DNA of 64,000 nucleotides from an uncultured Candidatus Rokubacteria bacterium (GTDB taxonomy: Bacteria; Methylomirabilota; Methylomirabilia; Rokubacteriales; CSP1-6), in contig CAVWFS010000016.1 of the NCBI GenBank assembly GCA_963754315.1, forward strand, positions 64,001-128,000, written 5' to 3'. Positions within the stretch are counted from its first letter, which is position 1; every line of letters starts with the position of its first letter. The notes under the pieces are model-generated. The model was not told the DNA's origin, searched no databases, and saw nothing but the letters and a program-made list of their open reading frames with translations. Below are positions 9,995 through 20,673 of this stretch, one piece after another. The position numbers were made by a program, and so were the translations under genes.

Positions 9995-10979
9995 ATGGCT
10001 CTCGGCGCGTTGTCATGGTCGTGATGCCGTGTGCCGAGGTGGTCGAGGTGGGCGGGGCCCTCGATATCTTCCACGCCGTCAACGAGCGCCTCGCCCGCGC
10101 GCGGGCCGCCGACCAGGGCTATGCCGTGGAGGCCGTGTCGCAAGTCGCAGCGATCGGCTCCTGGCCGGGGCTCCGGATGATCGCCGACCACTCGTATCGT
10201 CAGGTCCGAGGCCCCATCGATACCCTCATCGTTACGGCATCGACGGGCCGCACGCATGCCGCCGGGATCCGGATCCTCATCGGCTGGCTGACGCGGATTG
10301 CCCCCCGCACCTGGCGGGTCGTTAGCCTCTGCACCGGCACGTTCGTGCTGGCCGAGGACGGACTGCTCGACGGGCGTAGCGCCACGACGCACTGGGCGTT
10401 CTGTGACGAACTGGCGCGGCGCTATCCCCGCCGTCAGGGTCGCAGAACGATCCCATCTAAGCTGCGCGATGGCGGTGTGTACACCTCGGCAGTCAGCACG
10501 GCAGGCCTGGGATCTCGACGCTGGCCCTCGTGGAAGAGGACCTCGGCCGCCGCCTGGCGCTGGCCGGTGGCGCAGTGGATGGTTGTCTTCCTCAAGCGGC
10601 CGAGCGGGCAGGAGCAGTTCAGTGCTCAGCTTTCGACCGCAAATGGCCGAGCGCGACCCGCTGCGTGACCTCCAGGCCCGAATCTCGGCACCAGGCCGCG
10701 GACCTGTCTGTCGAAGCCCGGCGCGGCGCGTCGCGATGAGCCCGCGGAACTTCTTCCGGGTCTTCATGCGCGAGGTGGGCATGACGCCTGGGCGCTTCGT
10801 GGAGCGCGTGCGCGTGGAGACGGCACGGCGACTACTCGAGGAGACCTCGCGCGATGTCCCGGCGCGCCGCCGCGTGCGGGTTCGGCAGTCCGGAGACCAT
10901 GCGCGTGGCGTTTCGGCGCACGCTCGGGATCAGCCCGAAGGGCTATCGCAGTCGCTTCGCCACAACGGCGGCCTCGTAG
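9995..10979 (+). pseudogene. GlxA-family (DJ-1/PfpI + AraC) transcriptional regulator, multiply frameshifted
   Basis: SD AGGAGG + ATG 9995; SLCTGTFVLA..GLLDGRSATTHW, KRPSGQEQFS, MSPRNF.RVF, ARRLLEE. Confidence 0.85.
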
Positions 10980-11005
10980 TCGGCGGCACGGAAGGGGGGG
11001 CAATC

Positions 11006-12406
11006 ATGGCCGACGTGACCCTGACCACAATCGTGGGTGATGCAACCTCGTCAAAGAATTCGGCCATCGCGGAGTACAAGCTGCATGTCCGCGGAGAACT
11101 GCTCGGGCCAAGGATAGCGGCTACGACGACACTCGCCGGGTTTGGAACGCGATGATCGATAGAAGACCCGCCCTGATCACCCGCTGCACGGGAGCGGCCG
11201 ACGTCATGGCCGCTGTGCACTTCGCGCGCGAGCATGATCTCCTCGTCTCGATTCGGGGGGGTGGTCATAACGTCGCGGGCAACGCCGTCTGTGACGGGGG
11301 GCTGATGATCGATCTGCTCGCGCATGAAGAGCATACGCGTGGACCCCGTCGCGAGGACGGCGCGTGCCGAACCGGGCGTGCTTTGGGGCGAGTTCGACCG
11401 GGAGACACAGGCCTTCGGCCTGCCACCACCGGCGGCCTCGATCTCGAGCGACAGGCATCGACGGGCTCACTCTCGGCGGCGGCCAGGGCTGGCTAGCAGT
11501 AAGCATGGCTTCACGATCGACAACCTGCTCTCGGTTGACGTGGTGACAGCCGAAGGGAATTTCCTCACGGCCAGGGCCAGCGAGAACGAGGAGTTGTTCT
11601 GGGCCATGCGTGGGGCCGGACACAACTTCGGCGTTGCGACGTCGTTCGAGTACCGGCTCCATCCGGTCGGCTCCGTCCTGGGTGGGATGACCGTCCACCC
11701 CTTCGACCGAGCCACGAACGTCTTGCGCTTCTACCGGGAATTCGCCGCCGATCTGCAGACGAGCTGACTACGGGAGTGGGGATCCTACCCGGACCTGACG
11801 GAAACCTCGCGGTCGCGATGGTCGCCTGCTATACGGGGTCGCTCGAGCAGGGCAGGCGCGTCTCGGCGCCGCCTGCGCGCGCTCGGGCCGCCCCTCGTCG
11901 ATACGATCGCACCTGTCCCCTGCACCACCGAGCAGACAATGATGGACGCCGCTTTCCCGTACGGGCGCCTCAACTACTGGAGATCCGTGCTGACCGATGA
12001 GCTCAACGACGAAGTGATTGCGGCGCTGGTCTACTTTGGTGCGCGGAGGCCGTCGCCGCTTTCGGCGATCCCGATCATGGACTTCCACGGCGCCTACCGC
12101 CGGGTGGGCAAGACCGACATGGCCTACGATCACCGCGATCTCCGGTACGATATCGTCATCGCGGCCAACTGGATCGAACGGGCTGACTCGGAGCGAAACG
12201 TGCGGTGGACGCGCGAGCTCTACGAGGCCCTCCCGAGCCACACCTGCCGCGCGGCGATGTACGTGAACGACCTCGACTGCGACGAGGGCGCCGACAGGAT
12301 CGGGCACGCTTACGGCGAGAACTACGAGCGACTCGCGACACTCAAGAGGAAGTATGACCCAACGAACTTCTTCCGCGTGAATCAGAACATCAGGCCGGCA
12401 CTGTGA
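11006..12406 (+). pseudogene. FAD-binding oxidoreductase with BBE domain, frameshifted
   Basis: IRGGGHNVAG, ELFWAMRGAGHNFGV, AYGENYERL..LKRKYDPTNFFR.NQNI in successive frames. Confidence 0.9.
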
Positions 12407-12627
12407 CGGTATCCCGAGACATCGCGACGGCGACTGCCCATGTCGGCAGCCAGGAACTTCCAAGGGGGGCATGAGGCAGTGCGCGCGGGCGGAGAGGATG
12501 TCGCCCCGGACCTCACGATGCGTGCGGCTCGCGTCGTCGAGGTCCGGAGCTCCCACATGACTTCCAGGGGCGCAGGGGTTATCCCCGAGCGCACCAGCGT
12601 CTGAGAAGCCTGCGGCGAGGCGCCCGA

Positions 12628-13092
12628 TCAACCGGTCAGCGCGGCCAGGACGTCGTCCGGGTGCTTTTCCGCCTTGGCGACTCGCTTCCAGTGCTTCTTC
12701 ACCTTGCCGTCGGGACCGATCCACACGGTGGAGCGGATGACGCCCATGGTCTTCCTTCCGTACATCATCTTCTCGCCGTAGGCCCCGTAGGCTGTCATGA
12801 CCTTGCGGTCCGGATCCGACAGGAGCCTGAACGGAAGCCGGTACTTGGTGGCGAACTTCCGGTGAGACTCGGCGCCGTCGGCCGACACCCCCAGCACCAC
12901 CGCACCCAACTTGCCGAGTGCCTTGTCCTGGTCGCGAAAGCCGCAGGCCTCTTTGGTGCAGCCGGGTGTGTCGTCCTTCGGGTAGAAGTATAGGATCACG
13001 TTCCGGCCGGCGAAGTCCTTGAGCGCGACACGCTTGCCGTCGGCATCGGTCAACGTGAAGTCGGGGGCTGCTTTGCCCTCCTGGATGGCCAT
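12628..13092 (-). CDS. bcp: Thioredoxin-dependent peroxiredoxin Bcp
   Basis: LYFYPKDDTPGCTKEACGF. Confidence 0.95.
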   Translation of the reverse strand: MAIQEGKAAPDFTLTDADGKRVALKDFAGRNVILYFYPKDDTPGCTKEACGFRDQDKALGKLGAVVLGVSADGAESHRKFATKYRLPFRLLSDPDRKVMTAYGAYGEKMMYGRKTMGVIRSTVWIGPDGKVKKHWKRVAKAEKHPDDVLAALTG

Positions 13093-13105
13093 GGGGATCC
13101 TCCGT

Positions 13106-13531
13106 CTAGACGAACGGGTTAATGGCGCGAACGGTACCGTAGAACCGTTCGTGCTGGAAATCCTCGGAGATCAGCTCGGAGAGGCCGTACTCCTCCGCGT
13201 AGGCCCAGAGGTGGGCGTCGAACCAGCCAAGTTGATACGTGGCCCATCCCCGGATCGCGGTGCGCACAAGCGAGGCCGTCGGGTAGAGAACGACGAACTC
13301 CCGGAGGATCTCCTCGGCCTCGCGCCGAGCGTCCTCGGCAGACAACAGTGGGTGTCCGTGCACCAGTGGCCTGGTGACGGCCGCCACGAACTCGATAATG
13401 GCCTGGTGCGGAATCCGCACGTGATCGTCGGCAAGGCCGCGGCGGAGGAGACTGGTGGCTACCTCCTGCTTGTCGGGGAAGCGAGGGTCGTAGCGATAAA
13501 CGAGAACGTTACTGTCAACGAGGGCGGGCAC
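13106..13531 (-). CDS. vapC: PIN-domain (VapC-like) toxin
   Basis: LVDSNVLVY, QAIIEF, WFDAHL, LISEDF, INPF. Confidence 0.88.
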   Translation of the reverse strand: MPALVDSNVLVYRYDPRFPDKQEVATSLLRRGLADDHVRIPHQAIIEFVAAVTRPLVHGHPLLSAEDARREAEEILREFVVLYPTASLVRTAIRGWATYQLGWFDAHLWAYAEEYGLSELISEDFQHERFYGTVRAINPFV

Positions 13532-13802
13532 GCTCGTACAGGTCGTCCCGTTTCCATCCTCGGTCACCTCCGGAACGGCGACCGACGCGGGGGGCCTGCC
13601 GGTGGCGCTGGCGCTCGGTCGCCGCGTCAAACAACCGAAGCCGGACTTCGAGGTCGGTGCTCGGCTCCACCCGATTCGGAGGCAGCACACGGATCGTATC
13701 CCCGGCGGCGACCCACTCGATCTCGTCTCCCGGCCTAATGCCGTAGCGGTCGGCAATAGCTTTGGGGACCGTGACCTGAAGCTTGCTGGTCACCTTGGCC
13801 AT
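13515..13802 (-). CDS. AbrB/MazE/SpoVT family antitoxin
   Basis: KVTSKLQVTVPKAIADRYGIRPGDEIEW. Confidence 0.9.
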   Translation of the reverse strand: MAKVTSKLQVTVPKAIADRYGIRPGDEIEWVAAGDTIRVLPPNRVEPSTDLEVRLRLFDAATERQRHRQAPRVGRRSGGDRGWKRDDLYERARPR

Positions 13803-13836
13803 GTCCTTACTCTATCAAGGACGCTGTCCTTGTCAA
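13803..13836 (-). promoter_or_regulatory. Sigma70-type promoter with operator of AbrB-vapC
   Basis: TTGACA-16-TAGAGT, then 6 nt to ATG; GTCCTT/AAGGAC half-sites at 13803, 13817 and 13826. Confidence 0.75.
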
Positions 13837-14183
13837 CGGGGCCGTGCCAACTGGGTCCTCCGGCTTGTCGGCGCCTGAGCGATGCTCGGACACCGCTGTC
13901 ACCTCTGGGCTGCTGCGTGCGCTCAGCCCGCGCGCGCCATGTCTAGGCGCAGAGCTGGTGCCGCGGGTGCGGTCTCCCCGAAGTAGTCGATATGGGAGTC
14001 AATCTGCCGAGGCCTGTCGGCCTTGACGAACAAGCTCCCGTGCTGCAAGGCGGCTCCCCCTCGGGGGGCGTGCGGTCGTGTCACATCCGTGCCGTATCTC
14101 TGTCGGTGGCTCATGTCGTTGCACCTCGTTAGCTTCGGCAAGGTGCAACAAGAAGGCCAACCAGGCCGGCTTCACCGGCGACG

Positions 14184-14816
14184 CTACTTCGGCCAGATTC
14201 GCTCGCTCACGATGTAGCGCTTGTTGTGGGTGTAAGGACGCACCTCGGGCTTCCAGCGGCCGATATCGGAGGTCTCGTTCCAGACGCGCGACATCGGCAG
14301 GTCGGTCCCCTGGACCTCGTAGGCGGCCAGGTAGCGTGGCTCGCCGGGCGTCTGGGTCCGGTAGCGGACGACGTTGACGGAACCGGGAAGCTTGAGCAAG
14401 AGGGGAACATGCTCGCTGTCGTAGAGCTCGTTGAAGAGCGCTTCCCGATGCGGCTCCACGTCCATCATGACCCAGAAGACGTATGGCGTGGAGTGGGTCA
14501 AGGTGGCGCTGCTGCCCACCCACTCGTACATGACGAGATGGCGATTCATGGTATGCGGACGTACGTCCTTCGACCAGCGGCCCAGCTCGCCTGCTTTCTT
14601 CCAGGCGGCGCTCTCGATGACGGCAGGGCTGTCGATCTCGTAGGCCGCCAGGTAGCGCGGATCGGTGGGCGACGGGTTGCGATAGCGACTGGCGCTGTGC
14701 ACACCGGGCACCGAGGCGAGGGCCGGGGCATGCTCGGTGTCGTAGATCTCGTTGAACATGGCCTCGTGGTCGTGGGCGACATCCATGCGGACCAGGTAGA
14801 GCGCACGCGGAGCCAT
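14184..14816 (-). CDS. Tandem EthD/DUF4286-like dimeric alpha-beta barrel protein
   Basis: Two internal repeats MDV..HEA.FNE.YD.EH.P.L..PG...RY...PRYLAAYE; strong SD. Confidence 0.7.
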   Translation of the reverse strand: MAPRALYLVRMDVAHDHEAMFNEIYDTEHAPALASVPGVHSASRYRNPSPTDPRYLAAYEIDSPAVIESAAWKKAGELGRWSKDVRPHTMNRHLVMYEWVGSSATLTHSTPYVFWVMMDVEPHREALFNELYDSEHVPLLLKLPGSVNVVRYRTQTPGEPRYLAAYEVQGTDLPMSRVWNETSDIGRWKPEVRPYTHNKRYIVSERIWPK

Positions 14817-14836
14817 CGCCATCCTCCTCCTCGCCG

Positions 14837-15223
14837 TCAAGCACGCGGTGAGTGGGTTATCCGTCGGTCGAGAAGCGCCTCGCCTTCCGCGAGAATCGTA
14901 TGGGCCATCCGGTCTCCCCTGGCGAGGCGCTCGTTGAGCTCCGCCTCGGTCCACGGGACGATGTCCACTCCCACCGGGAACCTCTCCGGCAGGTAGTCGA
15001 CGATGCGCTCGCGCGGAGGGCGAGGGTCGTCGCGAAGCACGACGAGAAGATCAAGGTCGCTGCCGGGGACGGCATTGCCGCGGGCAAAGGAGCCAAACAG
15101 GTAGACGGCGGCGACGTTGGGATCCGGCCGGTAGCGCTCTTCGATCAATTGTTCGAGCGCCCTACGAATCCTTGGTCGGTCCAGCGAGAAGACCTTCACA
15201 GTACCGAATGATCGCCTCAGCAT
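14837..15223 (-). CDS. Minimal nucleotidyltransferase (MNT)
   Basis: LFGSFARG....SDLDLLVV. Confidence 0.88.
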   Translation of the reverse strand: MLRRSFGTVKVFSLDRPRIRRALEQLIEERYRPDPNVAAVYLFGSFARGNAVPGSDLDLLVVLRDDPRPPRERIVDYLPERFPVGVDIVPWTEAELNERLARGDRMAHTILAEGEALLDRRITHSPRA

Positions 15224-15569
15224 CTGCGATCGCCTTCGTCGAATCCTCCGCGGTGTAGTAGTCCATGGGCGCCCCCGACGGGAACCCGTTGGGATAGCGG
15301 GTCGGGATGTAATGCTTGTCGAGGGCTTTCGCCTGGATCATAAGAGGGTCGACTGACGCTCGGTTCCCGAGGAGCGCCGTCAGCAGCTCGGACACGGTGT
15401 GACCCCACGCTTCCTCGCCGCGGGAATGAAAAACTGCCTTCAGCGCTTTCTCGGCTCCCTGATGCGCGGCGAAGCACGCCCACTCGTGGTCTCCTCCAGC
15501 GTTCGCCCGCCGCGCATGGTCTAGGTCGCGGCGGCCTTGGCGCAGCCAGTCGTCGCTTCGACTCGCCAT
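15162..15569 (-). CDS. HEPN domain protein
   Basis: WACFAAHQGAEKALKA, WGH, LDKHYIPTRYP. Confidence 0.9.
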   Translation of the reverse strand: MASRSDDWLRQGRRDLDHARRANAGGDHEWACFAAHQGAEKALKAVFHSRGEEAWGHTVSELLTALLGNRASVDPLMIQAKALDKHYIPTRYPNGFPSGAPMDYYTAEDSTKAIADAEAIIRYCEGLLAGPTKDS

Positions 15570-15616
15570 TGAGCCAGCCTAGCATGGGGACGGGGGATCA
15601 CCGTCCCCCTCGAGAA

Positions 15617-16387
15617 CTACCGGGCGGTGTAGCCGCCGTCGACGGGCAGGGATACCCCGGTGACGTAGCTGGCGTCGTCGGAGACGAGGAAGAGTCCGGC
15701 CTGGGCGACCTCCATCGGCGTGCCGACGCGTCCAAGCGGAATGGCGGCCTTCATGCGCGCGAGATTCTCGTGCTTGTTGGCCTCGACGTCGGGGCGCCCC
15801 ATGAAGAGATCGAGCATCGGGGTGTCGATCGGCGCCGGGCAAACGCAGTTCACCCGAATGTTGTCGGCGGCCAGCCGGAGGGAGAGCGACTTCGTGAGAC
15901 CGGTGACGCCGAACTTTGCCGCCGAGTAGACCGGGCTGAACGGCGAGCCGTAGATTCCGGCGATCGAGCTGGTGAAGAGGATACTGCCGCCGCCCCGAGC
16001 GCGTAGAGCCGGGATCGCCTCTGTGGTCGTGACGAGAACGCTCCGTAGATTGAGCGTCATGGCCACGTCGTAGTCGTCCATGTCGACGTCTTCGATCCGG
16101 CCGGGTCCCGGATGGCCGACGTTGTTCCACACGATGTCGAGGCCGCCGAGCGCGCTGACCGCCTCGCGCACGATGCGTCGAGCATCGGCTTCTTTCGTCA
16201 GGTCGCACGGGATGCCGTGGGCGCGGCCGCCCGCCTTGGTGATCTCGGCCACGGTGTCGCCGATCCGACCCCGGTCGATATCGGCCACGGCCACCGTGGC
16301 CCCCTCTCGTGCGAAGAGAACCGCACCGGCGCGCCCGATTCCTGACGCCGCCGCCGTGATCAGCGCGAGCTTGCCCTTCAGCCGCAT
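15617..16387 (-). CDS. SDR family oxidoreductase
   Basis: TAAASGIG, YSAAK, IRVNCVCP, VDGG. Confidence 0.93.
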   Translation of the reverse strand: MRLKGKLALITAAASGIGRAGAVLFAREGATVAVADIDRGRIGDTVAEITKAGGRAHGIPCDLTKEADARRIVREAVSALGGLDIVWNNVGHPGPGRIEDVDMDDYDVAMTLNLRSVLVTTTEAIPALRARGGGSILFTSSIAGIYGSPFSPVYSAAKFGVTGLTKSLSLRLAADNIRVNCVCPAPIDTPMLDLFMGRPDVEANKHENLARMKAAIPLGRVGTPMEVAQAGLFLVSDDASYVTGVSLPVDGGYTAR

Positions 16388-16437
16388 GGTGTCCTCCTTG
16401 CCGCGGCCCTTGCGGCCCGGCGTCCCCGGCAGGAACC

Positions 16438-17418
16438 CTACCGGACTCGGTACTCCTCGATGACCTTGAGGATGCGCTCCCGGGCGGCGCTCCGGACCGC
16501 CGGGTCCGTCAGATCACGCCCGATGTAGTCCTCTTCGACGTCGTACATCTTCATGAAGCGCGGAGGCTGACCGGGCGGGACCGTCTCGACGAAGGGGCCC
16601 GCCCCGGTGAGCACGCTGTCCCACGTCTCGCGCAAGAGCGCCCAGAAGGCCTCGCGGGGTTTGGCGAAATTTTGAGCGGTCGCGCACTCCGCGTCGGGCA
16701 GGCGCACGTACCAGTTCTTGCCCGTTTCGCGGACCAGCGGGGTACGGGCGCCCTCGGCGTGGATGGTCTTGACGTTTTCCTGGCGCTCCAGCCAGCTGCC
16801 ACCGTACACCACGATCCGGGTGCCCCGCTCGAGCGCGTTGTAGTCCGAGCGGCCCATGTCGCGCGTCTCGCGGCCTGGGACGGGGGCGTAGTTGGAGCAC
16901 GACCAGTCAGGATAGGCAGTATCCGAGGCCCAGGAGGCCGCGCATTGGTAGCGCAGACCGTCGTCGAGGTTGGTGACGCGCCTTGTCCAGAGACCGGGCG
17001 AGGCGCGCAAGTCCCTCACGTTCCAGCGGTGCGGGCCCACGAAATCGTACAGAAATGGCGCCTCGTACTCCCAGTCCTCGGATTGATGCCGTAGCTCGCT
17101 GCCCGCTCGCACGGCGCCGCCCAGATCCGTGGCGAACAGGATCCGCTGCAGGCGCAGCCGCCGGGGGGACAGTTGCTCGGCGGAGATCCACTCCTTGACC
17201 GACTTGTTGCGGTTGACGTCGTAGACACGGGGGTCGCGGACGTACCCGGGCCGGAGGCTTTCCGTCTCGACGTAGCTGTAATCAACCAGATAACAGCCAG
17301 TCATACCGCGAAGGGCCCGGAGCCCCCGGTCGAACTGGCTCTCGGACCCGCTGGCCGGCCACGATAGCAACAGCAGGCCCAGGGTGGTCAGCAGCCACAT
17401 GCCGGAGGACAGCACCAT
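16438..17418 (-). CDS. Secreted DUF6607-like protein
   Basis: Signal peptide; MTGCYLVDYSYVET, QSEDWEYE, DDGLRY, R.DYN, W...QENVK resemble DUF6607 as recalled. Confidence 0.6.
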   Translation of the reverse strand: MVLSSGMWLLTTLGLLLLSWPASGSESQFDRGLRALRGMTGCYLVDYSYVETESLRPGYVRDPRVYDVNRNKSVKEWISAEQLSPRRLRLQRILFATDLGGAVRAGSELRHQSEDWEYEAPFLYDFVGPHRWNVRDLRASPGLWTRRVTNLDDGLRYQCAASWASDTAYPDWSCSNYAPVPGRETRDMGRSDYNALERGTRIVVYGGSWLERQENVKTIHAEGARTPLVRETGKNWYVRLPDAECATAQNFAKPREAFWALLRETWDSVLTGAGPFVETVPPGQPPRFMKMYDVEEDYIGRDLTDPAVRSAARERILKVIEEYRVR

Positions 17419-17423
17419 GCTGA

Positions 17424-17437
17424 TTAGGTGTACCTAA
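17424..17437. promoter_or_regulatory. Palindromic operator TTAGGT-GT-ACCTAA (DtxR/SirR/MntR-like)
   Basis: AT-rich 6-2-6 palindrome 5 nt upstream of the ATG at 17418. Confidence 0.55.
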
Positions 17438-17481
17438 CTTCCAGCGGCCGGTCAACGTCGGGCCGCGACGGACTTCGTCAC

Positions 17482-18102
17482 TTAGTAGAGAGCGGCCAGC
17501 GACTGGGCGTTGCGGGCCTCGAGCGCTTCCAGCGACATCGCGCCCCGGGTCTGGTCGTAGAGGATGCACGGCATCGACGGCAGCGCATCGGGACCGGGCC
17601 AGGTCTCCTGGTCCCAGAGCTTGCCGCGCCGGAACGAGCGGGCGCAGTGGAGAAACACCTCCTCGACCTCGACGCCGATGGCGACGAGCGGGACCTTGCC
17701 CTGCGCGGCCAGGGAGCGTAACAAGGTGGGCTCGCGCGTGATGGCGGCGCGGCCGTTCACCCGCAGGGTGAAGTCGTTTCCGGGAACGAGAAAGATCAGG
17801 CCGACGTGAGGATTGGTGAGCAGGTTGCGCATCCCGTCGAGGCGCTTGTTACCCGGGCGATCGGGAATGGCCAGATGGTGATCGTCCAGCACGCGCACGA
17901 ATCCCGGCGCGTCGCCTTTGGGGGACACGTCGCAGCGGCCGTCGGCGTCGGCCGTCCCGAGCAGCAGGAAGGGCGAGCGGGCGATGAAGGCGCGCGCATG
18001 GGAGTCAAGCGCCGGCAACTCCTTGCGTCGGGCCACCTCGCTCGGCTCGCCGCCAACGATCGCGCGCAGGCTCTCCAGCGAGGTCACAAGATCGCGGAAC
18101 AT
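17482..18102 (-). CDS. PPOX-class FMN-binding protein (MSMEG_1061-like)
   Basis: DVSPKGD.PGFV, PDRPGNKRLD, TLRVNGRA, FLHCAR. Confidence 0.88.
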   Translation of the reverse strand: MFRDLVTSLESLRAIVGGEPSEVARRKELPALDSHARAFIARSPFLLLGTADADGRCDVSPKGDAPGFVRVLDDHHLAIPDRPGNKRLDGMRNLLTNPHVGLIFLVPGNDFTLRVNGRAAITREPTLLRSLAAQGKVPLVAIGVEVEEVFLHCARSFRRGKLWDQETWPGPDALPSMPCILYDQTRGAMSLEALEARNAQSLAALY

Positions 18103-18162
18103 GGCATCCTCCCCCTCGCCCCAGGCGAGGAATCAAAAGTGTGCTACGTCGGGGCTTCAGGG

Positions 18163-19698
18163 TCAAGGAGCCTTGAGCCGCATGTCCTCGTAGGGTGCCG
18201 CAAAGTACAGCAGAGGGTTGAGTCCTACGGCGGGCTCCTCGACCCGAGGACCTATCCCGTGCAGGGTGGCCGGCTCGAAGATCGGCGCGTACGTGACCCG
18301 TTCGTGCAACAGCCGCTGAATCTGGTGGAGCAACGCTTCGCGCTTCTTTCGGTCGCGCTCCTGAGCCTGCTCGGCGAACAGTTTGTCGATGTCGGGATGT
18401 CCGCCATAGGCGTAGGTGCCCGTGCTGATGACGAAGGCTTCCAGGCGCGCCGCGGCATTGCCGAGCCCGGCCGAGGCCCCCATGATGATGCCCGTCAGCT
18501 TCTTGGCACGCCAAGCTTCGAAGAAGGTCGCCCGCTCCATGCTGCGCACGCGCGTCCGGATGCCGGCCTGGGCCAGCGAGTTGGAGATCGTCTCGCCAAA
18601 GCTCGTGAACGGCGGGACCGGGGTGAGGTCCCCGGCGTCGAACCCGTTGGGATAACCGGCGTCGGCGAGGAGCCGCTTGGCGTGCGTCGGATCGTAGGGG
18701 TAGGGTGCGATGTGCAGGGCGAACTCCATGACGCTCGGAATGATGTTGCCGGTCAGCCGCGAGAACCCCATGCGCTCGGCTTCGTTGACGGCTTGCTTGT
18801 CAATGGCCAGGTTCGCGGCCAGCCGAACGCGGCGATCCGCCCAGGGCGAGCCCGGCTTCCATTGCTCCGGGAAGTCCAGCCACCAGGCGGCGGAGGAGAT
18901 GACCTGCGCCAGGCGCAGCTTGGGATCGTCCTTCACGGTCTGGGCCTCGATCCCGATCATCAGGTAGCCGATGTCGGCCTCTCCGGTCTTGAGCATGGCC
19001 AGGCGCGTGGTCCGATCGGGGACGCCCTTGATGATGATCCGCTTGACTGACGGCTTCTTGCGCCAGTACTGATCGTTCGCGTCCAGCACCAGCTCGATCC
19101 CGGGTGTCAGACGAACGAAGCGGTAAGGCCCGAGGCCCACCGGCTGCTTCTTGAAGCCCTCCTCGCCTACCTTCTCGATGTACTTCTTCGGCACGACCCA
19201 GGCCGCCCCGGTGGCGGGAGTGGCATAGAAGGCGAGGAAATCGGGCCACGGCGCGTGCAGCACGAAGCGCACGCGGTGAGCGTCGACGATTTCAACGCTC
19301 TTCACCCGCGTCTGCAGTAACTTGGCGGCCGCTCCCCGATAGCGGTGGAAGCTGAACTTGACGTCTTCGGCCGTGAAGGGATCACCGTTGTGAAAGCGCA
19401 GACCCTCCCGCAGCTTGAACTCGTACACCAGCCCGTCCGCACTTTCCTTCCACGACTCCGCCAGGCACGGCGCCATGTCGTTGCCGGGCAAGGGCTTGAT
19501 CAGCGCGTCGTGCATGGCGTAGAGGAACACGAACGGTGTCCCGATTCCCGGTGTCTCTGCCGGTTCGAGGAACGACGGGGCGATCGAGACATCGAAAGCG
19601 ATGGTCAGTTGGCCGTCCGGCTGACCCTGCGCCCCTACCTCCGCGCTGGCCAGCGCCAGTAACCCCACGAGGGCTGTCCACACTAAGAATCGACCCAT
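18163..19698 (-). CDS. Peptide/nickel ABC substrate-binding protein (SBP family 5), orphan
   Basis: Signal peptide; FKLREG..FHNGDPFTAEDVKFSF; PVGLGPY. Confidence 0.9.
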   Translation of the reverse strand: MGRFLVWTALVGLLALASAEVGAQGQPDGQLTIAFDVSIAPSFLEPAETPGIGTPFVFLYAMHDALIKPLPGNDMAPCLAESWKESADGLVYEFKLREGLRFHNGDPFTAEDVKFSFHRYRGAAAKLLQTRVKSVEIVDAHRVRFVLHAPWPDFLAFYATPATGAAWVVPKKYIEKVGEEGFKKQPVGLGPYRFVRLTPGIELVLDANDQYWRKKPSVKRIIIKGVPDRTTRLAMLKTGEADIGYLMIGIEAQTVKDDPKLRLAQVISSAAWWLDFPEQWKPGSPWADRRVRLAANLAIDKQAVNEAERMGFSRLTGNIIPSVMEFALHIAPYPYDPTHAKRLLADAGYPNGFDAGDLTPVPPFTSFGETISNSLAQAGIRTRVRSMERATFFEAWRAKKLTGIIMGASAGLGNAAARLEAFVISTGTYAYGGHPDIDKLFAEQAQERDRKKREALLHQIQRLLHERVTYAPIFEPATLHGIGPRVEEPAVGLNPLLYFAAPYEDMRLKAP

Positions 19699-19875
19699 CG
19701 CGCACCTCCATGTGTCGGCCGTTAGCTTGTTCAGGCCCGGCGCGCGAAGGAGGGCAGGGGGCCCGGACCCGAGGCCTGGCATGGCGCATCGTTGCCTCTC
19801 TGCGGGAACGCTCGGTCGGGACGGTGCGGCGACTCTGCCCCGAGCCGCCGCCCTCGTCAAGGAATTCGTTTCGCG

Positions 19876-20673
19876 TCACCGGGCGGACGCGGTGTCACCC
19901 TCGCGAGCGATCGCGTACCAGGGGCAGACGAGGCGCTCGACCAGCTCCACCAGGCCGAACAGACCGACGGCCAGCAGGGCGAGGATGCCCATGGCCCCGA
20001 AGGCTAGGTTGGACTTCCAGTAGGACGTGGCGGAGAGGATGACATAGCCCAGCCCCTTGTCGGAGCCGACGAACTCGCCCACCACCGCGCCGATCACGGC
20101 CAGGGTCACGGCCACCTTGAGGCCGCTGAAGAAGAACGGCAAGGCCATCGGGAAGCGGACCTTCACGAAGGTCTTGAGGGCACTGGCGCGATAGGAGCGG
20201 CTCAGGTCGAGCAGTTCGGGAGGCGTGGCGGCCAGACCCGTAGCCGTGTCCACCACCACAGGAAAGAAGGCGACCAGGAAGGCCACCACGACCTTGGAGA
20301 CTTCGCCGGCTCCCAGCAGAAGCAGCAGAACGGGTGCGATGGCGACCTTCGGCACCGCCTGCGCCACGACCAGCAAGGGGTAGATCGCCCGACGCAGGAA
20401 GGGGGAGTAGACGATGACGACCGCGAGGGGGGTGCCGACGACGATCGAGAGCGCGAAGCCGGCCAGGGTCTCGTAGAGCGTCACCCACGTGTGACCAAGC
20501 AGACGCCAGCGCCACTCCCACGTCTCGGCGATGATCCCAAAAGGAGCGGGAACCACGAAGGTCGGGATCTTGAAGACGCGATAGACAAGCTCCCACACGA
20601 TCACGATCCCAATCATGACGCCTGCCGGCAGCAGGATCGCCTTGAGGCGGCTCTCGCCACCGCTCCCTGTCAT
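19876..20673 (-). CDS. NitT/TauT-type ABC permease
   Basis: PKVAIAP, FFPVVV, GAVVGEFVG. Confidence 0.9.
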   Translation of the reverse strand: MTGSGGESRLKAILLPAGVMIGIVIVWELVYRVFKIPTFVVPAPFGIIAETWEWRWRLLGHTWVTLYETLAGFALSIVVGTPLAVVIVYSPFLRRAIYPLLVVAQAVPKVAIAPVLLLLLGAGEVSKVVVAFLVAFFPVVVDTATGLAATPPELLDLSRSYRASALKTFVKVRFPMALPFFFSGLKVAVTLAVIGAVVGEFVGSDKGLGYVILSATSYWKSNLAFGAMGILALLAVGLFGLVELVERLVCPWYAIAREGDTASAR

